DNA of 62,824 nucleotides, filler included, from Asterionella formosa (GCA_002256025.1; 10 parts of 10 records of this genome joined end to end with filler, not necessarily neighbours in it); one strand, 5' to 3'. Positions 9,990 to 22,207 are shown, counted from the whole stretch's first letter. Translations and numbers: made by a program. Notes: generated from the letters alone by a model not told the origin.

Positions 9990-12179
9990 ATGTCTTCGGA
10001 AGATGTCATGACGATTACACCGCTGGGAAGCGGCCAGGAAGTGGGACGGTCGTGCCACCTGCTCGAGTTTCGCGGGTTGACAATTTTGCTCGATTGCGGA
10101 ATCCATCCAGGATATGAAGGCATGAACGGCCTTCCATATCTTGATCGAATCGAGCCAAGTCAAGTTGATATTCTTCTTATCACACATTTCCACTTGGATC
10201 ACGCAGCGACCTTGCCCTACTTTACGGAACGAACAAGTTTCAAGGGGCGCATCTTTATGACACATCCAACCAAAGCCGTCCTGCGCCTGCTTCTAGGGGA
10301 CTTCTTGCGGTTGCTGCAAATGAAGAATGCGAAGCCAGAAGATGTCCTGTATACAGAGTCGGAACTATCATCGTGCATGGACAAGGTAGAATTGATTGAC
10401 TACCATCAAACTGTGCAAATCAAAGGTTCTGGCTTGAGTTTCTATGCGCTCAATGCAGGCCATGTCCTCGGTGCTTGCATGTATTGGCTAGATTTCGGCG
10501 GCCGTTCGCTGCTTTACACTGGGGACTATAGTATGGAGGAAGATCGACATTTGATGGCTGCAGAGGTACCCACCAAGAAGCCTGATGTTCTAATTTGTGA
10601 ATCCACCTACGGTGTTCAAGTCCATGCCTCTCGACCAGAGCGGGAAGCTAGATTTACTGGAACCATCGAACGCGTAGTAACTCGAGGAGGGAGATGCCTC
10701 ATACCTGTGTTTGCTTTGGGTAGAGCACAAGAACTTTTATTAATCCTCGACGAATATTGGCAGGAAAACGCTCACCTCCAGAAAGTGCCCATTTACTACG
10801 CTTCCAAAATGGCCTCGCGCGCTCTTCGAGTTTACCAAACCTACGCAAATATGATGAATGCTCGTATCCGTGCGCAGATGGATGTATCTAATCCATTTCA
10901 TTTTCAATTTATTCAGAACCTGAAGTCGATTGACGTCAACTCGTTTGATGACTCGGGGCCATCAGTAGTTTTTGCCTCCCCTGGTATGCTTCAATCCGGA
11001 GTGTCACGTCAGCTATTTGACCGATGGGCAGCAGACCCAAAGAATGGTGTATTGATCGCTGGTTATGCAGTGGAGCACACTTTAGCCAAAGAAATTATGA
11101 ATCAACCAAAGGAAGTTGTTACACAAGAAGGACGACGTCAACCTCTGAATTGTTTAGTGGATTATGTTTCATTTAGTGCTCATGTTGACTTCGTACAAAA
11201 CCGAGCATTTATCACATCTGTAGAGCCAAAACATATTATTCTTGTGCATGGACAAAAGGATGAAATGGGACGTCTCAAGTCTGCACTCCGCTTGCTGTTC
11301 CAACGACTACCAGAGTCGAAACAACCTACAATCACAATGCCGCCCAATTTGCAACAAGTCAAACTTAAATTTGCAAGGCGCCGACAGGCAAAGATAATGG
11401 GTGAGCTTGCCGAGGGCGATCAGCCCAAAGAGGGAGAAGAAATTCAAGGAATTTTGGTTACTCACAACTTCAGTAGCAAAATTGTGGCTCCCAAGGACTT
11501 GAGTACATACACACCTCTTCGGGTGGGTGCCATTTCGTCCAAGTTACATGTCCCTTTTTGTGGCAATACGCATACCCTTCAACTATTTTTGTCAGAAATG
11601 TTCACTGGTGTGACATGGAAGGAAGGAGAACAGGGTGTTGATGGCCAAATCATCATGGTCTACAGTTTACGTTCCGATAATATTACAGTAACAACTGGAA
11701 TGAGCCGAGGAGTTGCAACTGTGGAGTGGAATGCAAGCCCAGCTAATGATGTCATTGCGGACGCTGTTGTGGCATTATTGATGCATGCACAAAGTAGTAC
11801 AGCTTCTATTCGCCTAACAAGCAAACCTTGTCGTCACGGAAATTCTGACGACAGTGACGAGCCATCAAGTAAAAAGCTGAAGACGACGAGCGAGAGTAGA
11901 TTACGGCTGATTAGGGACGTCCTCCTTGATCAGTTTGAATCTGTGGAAACGGTATATGATTCCAACTCTGCAACATATGAAATAACTACTGATTGTGGGT
12001 CGGGACCAGGCACAGTAGTAGACGATGGAACCTTGGTTTGCACTGCCAATGTCAAGTTTGATGATAACGAAGGAACATGTGCCACCATAACAGTGGAATG
12101 TGCAGACACAAAACTTGCAAACAATGTACGCGACTGCTTACAAAACATTGCAGCAACATCTGCTCCACTGCAAACATGA
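9990..12179 (+). CDS. CPSF3: Cleavage and polyadenylation specificity factor subunit 3 (CPSF73/YSH1), MBL/beta-CASP endonuclease
   Basis: PLGSGQEVGRSC, THFHLDH, NAGHVLGA, YTGDYS, PVFALGRAQE, SFSAHVD, ILVHG, and a CPSF73 C-terminal EWNASPANDVIADAV. Confidence 0.97.
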   Translation: MSSEDVMTITPLGSGQEVGRSCHLLEFRGLTILLDCGIHPGYEGMNGLPYLDRIEPSQVDILLITHFHLDHAATLPYFTERTSFKGRIFMTHPTKAVLRLLLGDFLRLLQMKNAKPEDVLYTESELSSCMDKVELIDYHQTVQIKGSGLSFYALNAGHVLGACMYWLDFGGRSLLYTGDYSMEEDRHLMAAEVPTKKPDVLICESTYGVQVHASRPEREARFTGTIERVVTRGGRCLIPVFALGRAQELLLILDEYWQENAHLQKVPIYYASKMASRALRVYQTYANMMNARIRAQMDVSNPFHFQFIQNLKSIDVNSFDDSGPSVVFASPGMLQSGVSRQLFDRWAADPKNGVLIAGYAVEHTLAKEIMNQPKEVVTQEGRRQPLNCLVDYVSFSAHVDFVQNRAFITSVEPKHIILVHGQKDEMGRLKSALRLLFQRLPESKQPTITMPPNLQQVKLKFARRRQAKIMGELAEGDQPKEGEEIQGILVTHNFSSKIVAPKDLSTYTPLRVGAISSKLHVPFCGNTHTLQLFLSEMFTGVTWKEGEQGVDGQIIMVYSLRSDNITVTTGMSRGVATVEWNASPANDVIADAVVALLMHAQSSTASIRLTSKPCRHGNSDDSDEPSSKKLKTTSESRLRLIRDVLLDQFESVETVYDSNSATYEITTDCGSGPGTVVDDGTLVCTANVKFDDNEGTCATITVECADTKLANNVRDCLQNIAATSAPLQT

Positions 12180-12203
12180 TACACAACGAGATTTATTCAT
12201 AGT

Positions 12204-13700
12204 TTACATTAGCTCCACTTTCACTTCATTTGACGCTTTATCGTCGCCCAACCGTTTTGTCGAAGGCGTGACTTTCAGAATTCGGTAGCCACACTCTGGA
12301 ATTGCCCACATGTTACCATCCGTACCAATGAAGGCGCCTTGCCACTTGTCTTTTCTGCCTGGCAAATTACCAACCAGCTGCATGGGATTCTCGTTTTCCC
12401 CGATCTCTGGTCGTGTGTCAATGCGGAGCACATGTTTCCCATTTGCTGGGATAGCATAGACAGCTCCATCTGACGAGAGGACCCCACCTTGCCACTTGTT
12501 TTTTTCTGTGCCGACAAATCCAAACGTTGAGCAGTGATCATTAGTAACATTAATCTTCAAAATAGATGACGCATCAGCTGGCATTGCGTAAATGTGACCG
12601 TCTTCTCCTATCGCACCACCCAACCACTTGTAGTTCTTGGTACAATCTGTATCATATGACGCTCGATGAATGCTCAATTGTTTACAATTCTGCCCCTTGC
12701 TACCTTCGGTTGTGTCTATCTTCAAGACGGTGTCAGCATGTGAAGGAAATGCGTAAATCATTCCATTTCGCTTGAGACCTCCGTGCCAATTGTAAAGCTC
12801 GCAGCCATGATCTGGCCCAACTAGTGAAGCCGTGTCTGTAGCACAATCAATTCGTAATACAGAGCATGTTCGATATGGCATTCCGTACACAGCATTGTCG
12901 TCTCCCAGTATACCTCCGTACCACTTGTTGGTATGTTCCATGTTGAAGTTTGTGTATTTTTCTGGTATGTCAATGTCAATGAAACTAGTTGTATGTGTCT
13001 CAAGATTTACTTTGAGGACGTTTTGCGCATTGGATGGAATAGCATAAATGGCTGTCTTTTCGTTGTTGAGCGAGGCCCCGTGCCATTTCCACTGCTTCGG
13101 GTTGTACCCCTCAGGCAAAGGGATCAAGTTGATAATGTTACCTTTGGCCTCACGCTTACCCCACATGGCATCAATATCCACTTCCAGAACATAGTTGGCC
13201 CACGCCGGTATCCCATATAGATACCCATGCGCAATGATTCCTCGAAGCCATTTGAATTTCCCAGTAGCAGCATGGTCGGGCAGCGGCTCAATGCGGATTT
13301 TGTAGTCCCCATCCTCGGGATACAAACAAATCAAAGATTTTGAATGCGAAGGAATTCCGTAAATGCAACCATCTCTGGGATCGCATGCACCTCCAAGGTA
13401 TTTGTGAATTCCAGGAAAGACGCCGCCATGCTGGGAGGCCCCTTCTCCATATTCCTTAGCAAGTTCCACTATTGCCTTGGCCATCGGCTCCGAGAGATGA
13501 TGAGGATCAAGGAACTGTTGCTGTAGCTTTGCACATTCCACCTTCCATGCATCATCGTCGGATTGGGGGGCTGGTTTCGACCCCAAGATTCCCATATTTT
13601 TTGGATTTATTACCCAAGCGGGCGATTCTACTACAAGAGCTGAGATGATTGCAATAAGCAAGGCTACTACTTCGGCAAATTCAGGTCTGCCGAGGCGCAT
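12204..13700 (-). CDS. Repeat protein, probable beta-propeller (KWxGG...DGxIYxIP..A..VLKI repeats)
   Basis: About 8 repeats such as KWYGGILGDDNAVYGMP and KWQGGVLSSDGAVYAIP. The start is ambiguous (13700 or 13595). Confidence 0.85.
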   Translation of the reverse strand: MRLGRPEFAEVVALLIAIISALVVESPAWVINPKNMGILGSKPAPQSDDDAWKVECAKLQQQFLDPHHLSEPMAKAIVELAKEYGEGASQHGGVFPGIHKYLGGACDPRDGCIYGIPSHSKSLICLYPEDGDYKIRIEPLPDHAATGKFKWLRGIIAHGYLYGIPAWANYVLEVDIDAMWGKREAKGNIINLIPLPEGYNPKQWKWHGASLNNEKTAIYAIPSNAQNVLKVNLETHTTSFIDIDIPEKYTNFNMEHTNKWYGGILGDDNAVYGMPYRTCSVLRIDCATDTASLVGPDHGCELYNWHGGLKRNGMIYAFPSHADTVLKIDTTEGSKGQNCKQLSIHRASYDTDCTKNYKWLGGAIGEDGHIYAMPADASSILKINVTNDHCSTFGFVGTEKNKWQGGVLSSDGAVYAIPANGKHVLRIDTRPEIGENENPMQLVGNLPGRKDKWQGAFIGTDGNMWAIPECGYRILKVTPSTKRLGDDKASNEVKVELM

Positions 13701-13879
13701 GAGCGAATGACACGAGAATAGAATTATCGATAGGATGATTCATTCAGTAACGCTCGAGTTGAAGGCAAGAATGAGCGACGATCTCCAATCCTGACTTCAC
13801 TTCGTTCCTTGCTGATATTATGATCCCAGAAAATAACAAGCTGCTGAAAAAACAATGTTCTGTACAAAAATATATCATA

Positions 13880-14205
13880 CTTGGTACCAGGTACCGGTAG
13901 GAGTACTCCTTGGTATCATTTTATTAGAGGATTTACCGGTAATCTGGTACTGGTACTATGTAGAGACGATGATTTTGTTGATTCAAAACAGAGCAAGAAG
14001 ACATTCATTTTGCAGTTGCTTCTCAAGTCTGATTCTGGTCCCGGTATCCCTCGTGCTGGTACAGTAGGAGGTGGTTGATGGTGTGGCTGTGCGGCACCGG
14101 ATCTGTCGTCTGGCCTGTTGCTCGGGAATACGTGCGATACCAGTAGATATACCGGTATATATGTATGTGTAGCTGGTTGCAACCTGACGCTCAATATACC
14201 GGTAA
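13880..14205. repeat. GGTACC/TACCGGTA-rich low-complexity tract
   Basis: ttggtaccaggtaccggtag, tctggtactggtac, ataccggtata, etc., upstream of the propeller gene. Confidence 0.7.
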
Positions 14206-14380
14206 TTGGATACGTTGCCTGAGCATAGAGTTGTTCTGCATTTAATAATCAAGAGTAAAACTTTTTGATGTGCACACAAAATTGACGCAATATTTGTTCT
14301 TTTTATGGCTGGGTGGACGAAGACTAAAGTTTGGGTAGCCATAGTAGAGCTGGTATGTTATTTTTTTAGCTTTCAGTTGG

Positions 14381-14932
14381 ATGCTGACTCTATCATGTCA
14401 TTTCACTTGCTTCATTCCATCTGACAATGGTGGTGAATATCTCCAGATCTACTTTGTCTCCCATGTGCACCGCAAGCTGTATCTGACCATTTTGACCATT
14501 ATGAGCCAAAGAGACATTGGTGCATACGGCAAACAATGCACCCACCATCCGTTTATATTGACTTGTTTCAAGGCTGCCATAAGCAAACATGTGCTTCATG
14601 ATTGCTGGCTACCAGCAGACCAATTGCAGTTATACATACTCCAGAAATACTCAATTGAGGATGAAGCACAGTTTAATTTAGCTTCGATGATAAGGGTGGT
14701 CAACAAGGTGCTTCCTCTCATGAGTTATGCACCAAACATTCTAGAGATTCAAGGTGGCCAACAAGTGCAAGTATACAGGCATTCCTTCCAAAATCGGAAA
14801 TGTCGCTATCTCTTCTTTGTCACCACCAAATTGAAATTCGTTCCTGCCCTCCCTTCACATTTGAAAGTGTCATCAGCCATGGGAGCGAGATTGGTGTGTA
14901 TTGACAAGGCTTTGAGCAGGCAGTCAGAGTAA
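14381..14932 (+). pseudogene. Degenerate ORF of unknown origin, probably transposon-derived
   Basis: A 183-codon protein-like ORF inside CpG-poor, repeat-rich DNA, with no recognisable motif. Confidence 0.3.
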
Positions 14933-15814
14933 GCCATTGTCAATGATAATTTCTAAACAAGAAATTATAGTGATGGATGATGCTATCAACAATGGCAATG
15001 GAGATGGATTGGAACAGCCAAAAAGCGAAAGAGGGGGAGCAATGAATCAGAACCAATTATATTTAGTCTTGCTAAACATCATCAGATGAAAACAGACATC
15101 TGCAAAAAAATATCATATTTCCATGATGCATCATAGGATTTTTATAATCTGATAATAATTTTTTGTTATATCATCTAATAATTGTGATAAATGCCCTTGT
15201 AATTTTGAATAGTAACCGTTTTGACTACGTATATTTAATTATTATATGTATTGTTACTATTTGATTCCTGTATTTGAATTTATGGTAGGATAATGTACCA
15301 GCTAAAGTAAGCAATGTAATTTGGCTTGTCATTTCCATCCATCATCACTTCAATTTTTGCAACAACAACGAAATACTACCGGTACTTAGCGATGATAAGT
15401 GGAATGATTGTTCGCGATAACGTCTTCAATTGTTGGTCAAGTGATCATTATATCTTTGATTAATCGTCATGTGCAGTGAACCTAGTATGTTCATAATCAT
15501 TCAATTAAGAATACACAGAGAAGAAATCATTCAAACTTGGACTGGTTCTGCACTCAGCGCACATAGTACATCCGTTTCTTTGACCACCAGCATTACAATC
15601 TCGCCAATCAGCTTGTGAACAAACACATTCTATTTGCTCTTGTTGACATTTTCAATTATCACATGATACTACATCAACAATTGAGATTCAACGTAGAAGG
15701 AGATACGAAAATGTAACAGACTGCTGTCCACATAGTTATAGCTATAGAATGATTCTGATTACAATTTCTTTTTCATATCGCTCGTTTCCGCATTTGGGAT
15801 GCTGTACTTTATTC

Positions 15815-16325
15815 ACTGTAGAACTTGTCCACATCTTTCTTTCCATCAATAGAGCGACAAGTGACTCTCTTCATTGTTGTTTGCTCATGATTGAAAACCC
15901 TCCTGGTATCGTGTATCATCAACAATAGAGGGACGAATGTCCTTCATCATCATCATTGTGGTTTGCTGTAGGAAAAATTTGATAACCGTATTGTCATTTA
16001 CTTGCTTGTTTGAACTTTCCATTGCCTCAAACCTGCTAAGCGTGTGCGTAAACACACTGTCGACTTGTTTTCATTGGTATGTTGTTCTTGTATTCACGGT
16101 TGAACTTTTCCGCATCTTTGTTACCATCAATAGAGCGACAAGTGGCTCTCTTCATTGTTGTTTGCTCCTGGAGAAGTCGGTGTCCGCGTCATGAGGACAG
16201 GTGTCCTTCATCATTGTGGTTTGTTGCTGGAAAAATTGGTACCCATATCGTCATTCGCTCGTTGGAACCACTGTCTGTTGCTTCAAACCTGCTTAGCCTG
16301 TGTGTACGTACACTGCTGACTTGTG
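15815..16325. repeat. Diverged tandem duplication (~270-bp unit)
   Basis: ccatcaatagagcgacaagtg(a/g)ctctcttcattgttgtttgctc occurs near 15843 and 16124; tcaaacctgct...cacactg..gacttg occurs in both copies. Confidence 0.8.
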
Positions 16326-16639
16326 TACATTACAGCAGTGACTTAGCTACTAAAGTGCGTGTTATAATATCATACTCTGTAGTACGATGCAGAATACAGT
16401 TCCCAATCAACATTGAATGATTGATAAGATGAAAATGTGATATTACAATAGGGTTGCTTCGATGCATACATCACCAATATGTGATATGTAATATTGAATA
16501 ATGTTTATCACATAACTATGATACATTGATCATAGAACTATGATGATTTCATAAAATGTTTATGATGTATTTTTAATCAAAATATGATCATGTTAAAATA
16601 AAACAAAGATAATAAAATACGATAAAAATATGTACACAA

Positions 16640-17250
16640 TTGTTATGAACAGGATAGAATGAAAATGAATTAAAAATAATAAATTTGTCATCACTCCAAA
16701 CATGCTGTGCTGGACAATCCAGAGTCGTGAAATTATCACTCCACCATTGTAGTAAAAATGGAGGAATACCGCTATATATAGTACAGGCGGCGCTACTAGT
16801 AGTATAGAGCAGTGTCAATGTTTTCCTAACATTTATGATATGGTTTGCATTGTAGAAGTCTCACACTAATTATATTTATTATGTAACTACTAAGTATGCA
16901 TTGGATTCTATTAGATCCATTCAAAAAACGTTGTCATCAATGTCCTGTTGATTAATGCTGTCATTGTCATCAATTTTCTTCTCAGTAACATTTGGCTGAA
17001 GTGGCTCAACATGATATTGATCTTAAAATCAGCTGTTGCTACAAGGAAATGAATCATCAGCCAATACATAAAAAAATTTAAAGCTGTCTAGATATGATAC
17101 CATAAGACCAACAGTGCTATTTACATCATCATTTACAAAATCAGAACCGAGTTTGAGTAATAGCATATATTGCTCTCAATTTTACGATCATACAATCCTG
17201 AGCGCTGCAGTAGCAACAGTCCTGAACATATGGTGTTCTGTTGCAGCGGG
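16640..17250 (-). mobile_element. Internally deleted derivative of the Plavaka-like element at 23.4-26.5 kb
   Basis: 16645-17020 is homologous to 24001-24377, and 17018-17245 is homologous to 26141-26395. Confidence 0.8.
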
Positions 17251-18042
17251 AGATATATACTGATATCATTGTTCATTCAAAGAATTGGACAACGCGACTA
17301 CATGAATCCCATGAGAAGACAAGTAATCATTCAACAACCTACCGCATCCATTTGACAATGAATCGCTAGTACTTGTGTTTTCAATGAACTCATTTCGATT
17401 TAGACTGGGCATGGTGAAAGTGAATTCCTGAAGTCTGTTTTCAGGCAACGAACAAAAACGAGGTGAATACTAGATATATTTTAATCAAATCTGTCCAGGG
17501 CTGGAAAAGCGAGGGGCAATTGGCGTAAATTGTCTTCCGAAATGCGAACATTCGAAATATACAAAATATATTTTAATGAAGGGCAATATCAGACCTTTTC
17601 TATGTACGAAAATATTTTTGATATCATGGTCTATAGTAAGCTAAAAATGACATTTATGCTACCGGTATATTTGTTGGCATTAGGTAAGTGAATGGCGCGA
17701 CGATAGCTAGTTTTTGAATTGCCTCAACAATAACCCTTCTCGATGGCCACTTGCCTTCTCGTAGGGCGCCAATCATACATACGGTAAACGTACTCGCGCT
17801 AGCCAGGCTCGAACACATGTATCCACTCGCAGGCAAGATGGTCGGGCGTGTCTTGCCTTCAGCAATCAGAATCGAAGAATTGAAAATACGGTATTGCTTA
17901 CCACGCAATTCAATGTCATAGAGGCAATACCACAGTCTACACGAAGCTGGAGGAAACAGCAAGCAGAGGAACAACAAAGGGCAGAACACGGCAATTGTAA
18001 ACTCTCATTTCAATAGCCTCGATATACGATTGCCATTGCCCA

Positions 18043-18142
18043 NNNNNNNNNNNNNNNNNNNNNNNNNNNNNNNNNNNNNNNNNNNNTTAATTAATTAANN
18101 NNNNNNNNNNNNNNNNNNNNNNNNNNNNNNNNNNNNNNNNNN
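18043..18142. other. Artificial contig spacer N44-TTAATTAATTAA-N44 (also at 36167, 37388, 38610, 39831, 41052, 59165, 60385, 61605)
   Basis: The same 100-bp spacer, with stops in all six frames, occurs nine times. Confidence 0.98.
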
Positions 18143-18529
18143 TTCTAATCCCACCTTATTGTGAGCTTATTTGATCTATCTTGTAATCGTTCACATGACC
18201 AATTATTAAGGTTCTCTTCCCAAATTTGTATATAGATATTCATTGTGTTGTTAGACATTCAATTCTCAATTGACAACTTAACTCCACTCACTTAGTAGAA
18301 CAATCGTGAATATTCAATGCTATCTGCATTGCATATATACCTTTCCTTCATTGAAATATTGATTACTTAGAACATTCTCCATTCGAATATTTACCTTGGT
18401 TTGCTGATATAGTTCTTGGCAATCAATGCTGTTCAAATTCTCACAGCATTTCAATACGGGATTTTGGCTGGAATATTATTCAAGATTGATTAGTTCGACT
18501 GAACTAATATTCACGCAGCACTAAATCTT

Positions 18530-19270
18530 GACATGGTTGTACCTGGTACTACCAGGTACCGGTATAGTAACCACACCAGCTTTGTATTATTAGCTCCTGC
18601 GGTACCAGGTACTCCATTCAGTGCGTTCATAGAATGTAAGCAAGGGCAGGTCGGGTAATTGAGAAGTTTAGCTCCGTTTAATCGTTTTACCGGTATCCTG
18701 GTAATATAACCCGTTTCTTCTTTTCCTGGGGCAGTACTGGTACCTGGTACCGGTACCAGGAACAAAGCCACCGATGCATCGTTTTACCTGGTGGTAGTCT
18801 ACCTGGTATCTGGTACCCCTGGTACCCTGGTACCTACTCCGAGCACTTACTACCGGTACTCTGTTACGTTTGAAGGCAGAAACGAACGTTTGAAATGGTC
18901 GTTGTTGCCAACAGATGTCATGCGACTCCACATAAGCAGTACAGTACCTGTACCCGGTGCCTGGTACCAGGTACCAGGGTAACTGGTACATGGTACCAGC
19001 ACTGGTTGCAGCAGCTTCATGCGCGCAGAGGACGAGGAGGTGATTTACAGTATACCGGTATATACATACCGAATCCTTTGAAATGGTGCCATTATTTTTC
19101 ACCATGTACCTTACATAGTAAAAACAAAAAACGATTCCACCTGCCTCGTTCCAACAAAGCAAAGTGGCCGTTCAATTTATTCATCTCTCCATTTCATATT
19201 GCCTGTATATTAGGTACCGGTATTCATTTGTTACCACCGGTACCGATAGCCTACCTGTATTTCGTAAGGG
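18530..19270. repeat. GGTACC(A/T)-rich low-complexity tract
   Basis: Dense gtacctggtactaccaggtaccggta and ctggtaccaggtaccagggtaactggtacatggtacc, upstream of the USP gene. Confidence 0.8.
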
Positions 19271-19474
19271 ATCGTACTGCACTATTTGATATGGCATGAT
19301 TCTCAATGCTAAGTTGAAATATAGCCGTTCGCATCTCATATTCTTGCTATATTTATCCTTGTGCTTTTTCATTCTACCGGTAGTTGCTATTATCGGCTAT
19401 CCTGCTAAACTTAAACGTGCTACCTGAATAGAGCTACTATTGACTGTACAGAAATCATCATCACTTGATTCATC

Positions 19475-22185
19475 ATGGCGAAGAAGAAGAACAAGGGGAA
19501 GAAGAAGGCAGGTGGCGGCAACAAGCCCGCAGCCGCAACAAACAACATCATGGTGAAGGTACCGGAGCCCCCTGTTGCAGCTGCAGAAGTGGCTCCACAG
19601 CCACCGCAAACAATTACCGGTACTACCTTTCCTCCGTCTTTGGAGTCATCCATGTCTCTTTTTTCGGACCAACAGCAACAGCTAATTAAACTCTTGTGCT
19701 CCATGGGACAAGCTCACCTCTTTGAAGCTTGGAACAGCGACAATACTGCTGATGCGGACAAGATTGCATTGGTCACACAGCTGGAGTCTCTGGATACATC
19801 TTACCCTACCGGGGGCCTTACTGGATACATCGAAAATGCTCGTGAACTCCTCAAAAAGTCCAAAGCAGGGGTGAATCCGTTGGAAGGTTGGAGCCCAAGC
19901 GTTCCCACTGGACAGGCCTTTGATATTGGCACTGAGGAATATGCTCGAATTGAAGCAATCGGAGCGAATGAACTCGGTGCTGTTGGATTTGTTTTGGTGG
20001 CGGGGGGTCTTGGGGAGCGCCTGGGGTATGGTGATATCAAGGTATGTTGTTGCTACGTTGGTTTGTCTTTAGTAAATGTCCTGTATTGTTGAATTGCTAA
20101 ATACAAACGTGTGCGTGCTGTTGGTTGCTCCACCATATTCACAGATTGGACTTCCTACTGAATTGGCAACTGAAACGTGTTACTTACAATTTTATATCGA
20201 GTATATCTTGGCCCTTCAATCGAAGTTTGCTGGATCAAGAAAGCTTCCATTGTGTATCATGACTTCAAATGACACTAACGCAAATACTGTCAAACTATTG
20301 GAAGAAAATAATTATTTTGGAATGAGCAAAGATCAACTCGTCATTGTTCAACAAGGCGATGGAGTGCCTGCCTTGCTTGACAACGATGCCACGATTTCAC
20401 TGGAATCCAACTTCAAGGTAGCCACCAAGCCTCACGGTCATGGTGATATTCATGCCTTAATATACTCCAAAAATGTCGCGAAAGAATGGGTGGCACAGGG
20501 AATCAAATGGATTACATTTTTCCAAGATACCAATGGTCTTGCTTTTCATACGCTCCCCCTTACGCTTGGGGTTTCAACCAAATTTAATCTCATTATGAAC
20601 TCGTTGACCATACCCCGAAAGGCCAAACAAGCAGTTGGTGCCATTACGAAGCTGACCAACGCTGCAACTAAGGAAGAACGGTATGTGTTTAGGTGTGACG
20701 TGTCTACGTATTTGTGGCGGTGGTTGCCATGATGATTTGTTACCAAAACTGTTGTAGTAGATAGAGACATCGGAATTTTGGTTGACCGAGAACAAAAGGA
20801 AGACTGAGCAGCAACCGAACAATTTTGCAAGATGTTTTCCTATTTGTAAAATCTATGAATTAACACATCGCCTGTTGTCCTTGTCAGAACAATCAATGTC
20901 GAGTACAACCAACTTGATCCTCTCCTTCGAGCAAATGGAAGTGCTGATGGCGACGTAAACGATTCGTCTGGTTTTTCTCCTTACCCTGGTAGGTGGCATC
21001 CCTGAGATTTTTTCGTAATTGCGGCTCTTTTTTTTTAATTTTTGTCACGCATCTGACACTAGCGTCTTATTGCCTTATCCAGGTAACATCAACCAATTAT
21101 TGTTCGCTGCAAAGCCATATTTGGCTGCCTTGGATGAGACAAAGGGAGCAATGCCCGAGTTTGTAAATCCAAAATACAGCGACGCCGAAAAGACTACATT
21201 CAAGAAGCCTACTCGTCTTGAATGTATGATGCAGGACTTTCCAACGGTACTCAAGGGAACAACGTCGGAAAAAGTCGGGTTTACCTCTATCGCCGCCAGT
21301 ATGTGCTTCTCTCCCGTTAAGAATGCTACTTCTGATGGAGCTGAATTACAAAAACAGGGCACACATCCCGGTGTTGCCGCCACTGGAGAAGCTGACCAGT
21401 ATGGTGCCATTCGTTTGATTCTCAAATCAATTGGTGTGAATGTAGAAGAGGGAGACTTGGAGATATTTCAAGGTATTACTTTTGTAGGCAGTCCTGAAAT
21501 TGTCATCAAGCCTGGAATTGTGCTATACCCAGGAGAGTACAAGAAATTGTTCCCTAGTCCTGAGAAAATTTCAATTTCGAAAAAGTCATCGTTGGTAATT
21601 AAAGGGTCGGGCGACCTGGTTATCGAAAGCCTGACTCTTGATGGAGCTCTGATCATTGAGTGCGAAGAAGGGTCAATTGGTTGCCTCCGAGATATTGTAG
21701 TCAGCAATGCTGGTTGGCGCCGGGTAGCTGCCGATTTGTCCACAAGTGAAGTTATTGTCATGCGAGGTTACAAGATGGAAAAGCAAGAAACAACGACTAT
21801 TGTCGTTAAAAAGGATGGTAGCATTGAGGGTTACTCGCCGCCTCTTCTGGAGCATGTCGTGGATGTGACGGTAACAACTTCTCCTGCATCAGAGGAGAAG
21901 AAAGAGGATGAGAAGATTGCTTCCACACCAAAAGCGAATCTTTTTGCAGTAGAGAAAGTGGATGAATTTCTAACTCCCAAGCCAATGACAGAGAATTCGA
22001 CCTCATCTAAGGCTGTCTCGAAAGATATTCCTGTATCATTGACTGAGCCATCCAAGCCGATGGCAGGGCATACAATTCCATTTGAAGGTGTTTCAAATGA
22101 CATTCCAGCATCATTGACTGAACCATCCTTTGAGGAGCTAGCCCAATCAGCACCCCCCTCTGGATGCCCATGTGCAATCATGTAA
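19475..22185 (+). CDS. USP: UDP-sugar pyrophosphorylase; exons 19475-20041, 20145-20680, 20888-20988, 21083-22185
   Basis: [78 protein letters not shown]. Three GT-AG introns restore the frame. Confidence 0.94.
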
Positions 22186-22207
22186 GCTAGCAGAATGCAG
22201 GGACTAA

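Noticed and set aside
18087..18098. TTAATTAATTAA as a biological motif (PacI or piggyBac site)
   Set aside because: It is always centred in N-runs, so it is an assembly linker.
18511..19372. ORFs rich in VPGT/YQVP/WYLV
   Set aside because: They are translation artefacts of GGTACC repeats.
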